NCBI GenBank assembly: GCA_012295275.1
Contig: CM022674.1
Span: 3,100,001 to 3,164,000, forward strand
Reading direction: 5' to 3'
From: Chrysomallon squamiferum
Taxonomy: Eukaryota; Animalia; Mollusca
Length of the DNA stretch: 64,000 nucleotides
A model generated the notes under the pieces. It was not told the origin of the DNA. It saw only the letters and a list, made by a program, of their open reading frames with translations, and did not search any database. Positions within the stretch are counted from its first letter, which is position 1. Every line of letters begins with the position of its first letter. Of the stretch, positions 58,995-64,000 are shown one piece after another. The position numbers and the translations under genes are program-made.

Positions 58995-61881
58995 AACAAG
59001 AAATATTAATAATAATAATAGTAATAATAATAAAAATAATAGTAATAAATCTTTAATAATTTCACGTTATACATAATTATTGTTATGGATCACACAGATA
59101 CTAAGAAAGGATACCAGCTGTTTTCATAGCTGATGCTTTGCATTTATTTATTTATTTATTTATTTACTGTTTTAATCAACGAAATATCTTTAGTATTCAC
59201 TTTCCAATTCACAAGGAAAGCGCATAAATAAAACTCGGAGCTCCGTCATGAACGGGAAATTGCTGTAACTGCGCTCCGAGGAGGACTGATCCTGAAATCT
59301 ATCAACTATTTAAAACAAATCGTCAAACATCTGTTACTGTATGACAAGAAGTAAACACTTCGTATAAAATACGTTTATTTATTTATCATGTTAATTGTGT
59401 CGTTGTAGTTATAACAGTATTAATAAACAAATGACTGTAATAAAACGAAGTCGTTGGAAATACCAAGAAGTTATTTACGAAGACGACGACAACAAACACC
59501 GTGAATAATGAAGACGGCAACAACGACAGTGGTGACGTGAATCATGATGAAGATGATAAAGATAATTACCATGGCAATGATAATGAATAATGATAATTCA
59601 CTATGACTTTTATGAGGACGATGATAATGACTACTATGATAAATTTTAAAAATAAAGTTCGCCAGTTTGAAATAAAGGTTTTGATATAAGTACACATTTC
59701 TCACATTCATTGGAAAACTGTAGCAGGTTTTTCGCGAGTAAAAAAAAAAATTCGAGTATCTCGTGAAATGTTTAATTGGCTGAGGTTTCTGTGGATGTTT
59801 TATTTTTTTATTTTTTTTTTTATTCTATTTTTTTTACTGTGGACACTTTCCTACAGGGTTCAACAAGACCAAACTCTCGAGAACAAAGCTGAAAAAATAT
59901 TTGTCCTCTGAGAAAGTTTTTCCAATGACAAATTAGCCCAATGAAAACTTCTTTCGAATGTTTGCTGTAAATCCTCTTCCACTGACAACCATTGAGTTAA
60001 TCTCGATGTCCGGCTCGCTAATTGGTACACCAACCCAACACGTGTGGTCATTCAAACTGCCCAGTTCAAAAAAAAAAACTGACCTTAAATTGTATTTAGC
60101 ATCACTCCAGCCAATTATTCGGGCCTGAGATAAGACTGTAAATATATATACTAGCCTCATCAGCTTTGTTACGCTTTTTCTATGTAACAATACCAGTCTA
60201 GGCAGCTTTAATCTTCTTTTTTCTAAACCCTTTTATATCTTTCCATAAAGATGCTCGGGTTTTATTTTTTATTTTTTATTTTTTTCAAACTAGGATAGTC
60301 AGGTACGCTCATTACGAATGTTTTAACAATGTGATGTGCTTGAGAAGCTTTGCGTGTGAATGTATATTTATATCTGTTTTATTGTTCACTAAAATACGAT
60401 TAAGCGCGCAGACAATGTCGCTTGAAGCATTGAAAAAAAAAAAAAAAATAAAAAAAAGGAGTAGTCGTCCATGTCTTTATCAATTAGCGGGCCCTTGTGA
60501 ATTAGTTGAAACTCGAATAACAGCAGACTTGACATGTTTGAGTACGTTCACCTGCTTGTGTCCAGTTCTTAATTACACGTGCGAGCAGAATATTCTTCTT
60601 TCTTTTTTTTATTGTTATCTTCGAAATATCAGGTTGTTTTGTGCTTGGGGAGAAGATGTTAATTCGGGTTAAATGTATAGCACCGAAAGTAACGAGGCGT
60701 AATTTTTACAGTTTATGTTTTTTGTTTTTTATTTTTTTTTTTTCTGTTAAAATACGTTTTATTTTTATTTTGTTATTTTTTTTTAAATTTAAATGATGAC
60801 TATTCAGTGTTCTTTTTCTTATTCTGTTGTTTTTTTCTTATTTTATTATTACTGTTATTATTATTATTCTTATTATTATTATTAATGTGTTTTTGTTTCA
60901 TATATATATATATATCATATACATAACATACATTATACACACACACATACATATGTACATACATACACATACATATATACATACATACATACACACACAT
61001 ACATACATACATACATACATACATACATACATACATACATACACACACATATACACATACACATACATACATATGTACATACATACATATATACATTTCT
61101 AATGTCATTTACTTCATTACACTTCACTATTACAATTACCCCTTCTTTTCTTTTTTACTTTTTCTCCACGAATAATCAACAAATTTTTTTTTATTTATTT
61201 ATTTTTTTATTTTGTTTTTTTTATTTCTCCATATCAAAGTTAACCCTGAACGACAGGTTTTAAACAATCACGCGCTTACCTACGAACCAACCATCAACCT
61301 CACATCCTTTTAAAAACACAACAACCGCCTTGGGCACGTCGTCGTCGTAGTCGTTTTCACAGATAGGTGACCGATCCACGTGGCCATCGTGCCAGTGACA
61401 CGTACAACAATAGACGAAGACGACGACGACAATGACAATGAAATGCAGTAAATCAACGGACTGTTAAAATCCTAAATGAAAACGAAGAGACGCGCCATTG
61501 AAAAGCGGGACGGGTGTTTTTTTAAATTGGTACCCATTGTGTGTCCGGATTAAAACGATATCGAGATGACGGAAGGATGTTCGGACAAAACGTGCCAGTC
61601 GGTGGATGACGTCGTGTTGACAATTCGCACCACGATGACGATTGAGAAAGCATAGGTTTTTTTTTTTTTTTTTTTTGATAAAAGAAATGTGTGGTAGATA
61701 ATTAAACACATAGGTAGATATAAATGTTTTGTGTGTGTGTGTGTGTGTGTGTTACATAGCTATATGTGAAGGTGTCTGTGTGTTCTTATAAATATACGTA
61801 CATAGATACATACATATACACATTCTGACACACACACACATGCACACACATATATATAGATAGATAGATAGATACACATAC

Positions 61882-61978
<97 letters not shown>

Positions 61979-62203
61979 CAGACAGACACATAGATAGACA
62001 GATAGTTTATAAGCATAAATGTTTGTATATGTTTATTATACAGCTGTATGTGAATAAGTATGTGTGTTTGCACATTATAAATATATATATATATATATAT
62101 ATATAACAAACACACAAACACACATACGTATTCACATACATATATATATATAATCTTGTAAAACGAAATTTTAAAATCATATTACTGTGGCGACTTTTTA
62201 TAT

Positions 62204-62258
<55 letters not shown>

Positions 62259-62803
62259 TTTTTTATTTATTGTTTTATTGTTTTATTGCTTTTTGTTTTA
62301 TTTACTGAAACTGAAGCATCAGTATATATTGCCTGATAAGTCCACAATGAAAACGTTTGGTCAAATTTTGTTTGTTGTGTTTTTCTTGTCTGGATGATTT
62401 GTTGGTCTTGTTTTGTTTTTATTTGTTTCTTTGTTTCTGTTTTATAAAGAAAAAGATCAAAGAAAACGTTTTCTACCATTTTTATATTACTTTACTTCAA
62501 AATAAAAATCAGAGAGTTTAATTGCTTTCGTCCTCTCTAGCTATTCAGATCTTTTACTCCGATTGTTATTTACATGTTAACTCTTTATCTGTTACAGTTA
62601 TTACTAAGATTTACCTGCATTGCAGAATTTATAAATTGTTTTTTTAAAAAAAAAATTCAGAGCGTACAAAATAAATGTTTAAAATGTCCCAGGTGAGTGC
62701 ACGTTCTGAAATGAAATCATTTGATTTCGTTATTAATCTATTTTTATTTTAAGTCTACGACGTGTTGACTTAGGTCCTTCTCAAATCTTTCATTACGTCA
62801 TTT

Positions 62804-62853
<50 letters not shown>

Positions 62854-64000
62854 GATGATGATTATGATGATACAGGTGCACTTCTGATAATGTAATAAAT
62901 AATGCAGATGGAAATTATTATGAAGATTATGATTATGTGTTGATGATTTAAATAAAGTTATCTTCCCAGATTTTGTCAGTCTGTTTAGAGTATTTTGCAT
63001 TTACTGTTACTGTCTTATTTATTTATTTTTGTCGCTGAAGAAAATTTTGTCATCAAATCTATGCACAAATACAGAAAAGATGAAAATGATTCTTCGTCTC
63101 ATAAACTGGTAATGATTGGCAACACATCCAGTATCTTTCCTCTGACACATAGATAATTCAGAATAAGAACTACTCCATTTTTAATTTACTGTCACTTTTA
63201 TCATTATCATACTTTTTTTTTTTTTTTTCGTTAACACCAGTTTGGCATCAACAATAATTTAAACTTTCACACGGAAATAAATATACAATCCTTCCGATAA
63301 CCCCGAAACCGTAAAATCCAAAACACTGATTTAAACATCCAATATCCTTTTCCCCTTTTAACGTACAGATAGATACTTCAGCATCGGAAGATTTACAATC
63401 ACTTACCGCGAAATAAAATAAAATAATAACAACAATAATAAATTTCAGGTGTTGCTTTCCTTTGTGAGCAAGGGCAGTTTCAACCGATAACCATCTTGTC
63501 AAGTTTTTCACGTCTTTTAAAAGAGTTTTGACTGTTAATCAGAATTTCCCAACCCATTGGCAAACAAAAATAAAATATTTCTGTGACAACGGTGGAGTGA
63601 TAAGCGTGTAAAAATCTCACTTGAAGACTGGGAATTAACGTCGAAAACGGACACATAACACGTCCTGAACAAACACATGCCTTTGTCAGAAACCGCACGA
63701 TCAAACGAAACCGCTGAAAGTTTCGACCGGGCAGAGTAGTGTGTATGTGTGTGTGTGTTTGTCGTAGGATTTACGTTGATCGTATCAAAGATAGTAATAA
63801 TATATGAATGTTAGTTAGTACCCCGATAAATCACAGGTGGGCTGAGACGATTAAAATAATGTGTGAAGGAATTCGGAGCCCTTCGAGAGAGTTTTCCTTT
63901 TATGTATACGTGTTTGTTATTTTTAATTTACATGTTAGTGTACATATTTTCATGCATGTAGACAGATGTATATATTAAGCTCACAGACACATAAACAGAC

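Overview
AT-rich, microsatellite-dense metazoan (probably invertebrate, plausibly lophotrochozoan) genomic DNA. Nearly all ORF-track entries are simple-repeat artefacts. Two intron-containing genes were rebuilt by hand, both on the minus strand. (1) A CLC-6-type endolysosomal Cl-/H+ exchanger (CLCN6 orthologue): 21 coding exons from the ATG at 19210 down to 728, with the 3' end (rest of the CBS region) outside the window. It has a U12-type intron, two GC-AG introns, a 1-nt phase conflict at exon 13, and an intronic 83/93-bp minisatellite that duplicates the end of exon 16 plus its donor about nine times, giving an array of possible frame-preserving 24-nt microexons. (2) A Hairy/E(spl) (HES) bHLH-Orange-WRPW repressor: 4 exons, 37810 to 28437. 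Its WRPW tail is one nucleotide out of frame in this sequence; it has a cluster of Hes-binding sites at its promoter and a perfect K-box in its 3' UTR. The 26 kb upstream of HES (38-64 kb) has no recognisable gene, only CpG-rich islands between simple repeats, consistent with a regulatory desert. The two +1 frameshifts most likely reflect homopolymer assembly errors but need checking against reads.
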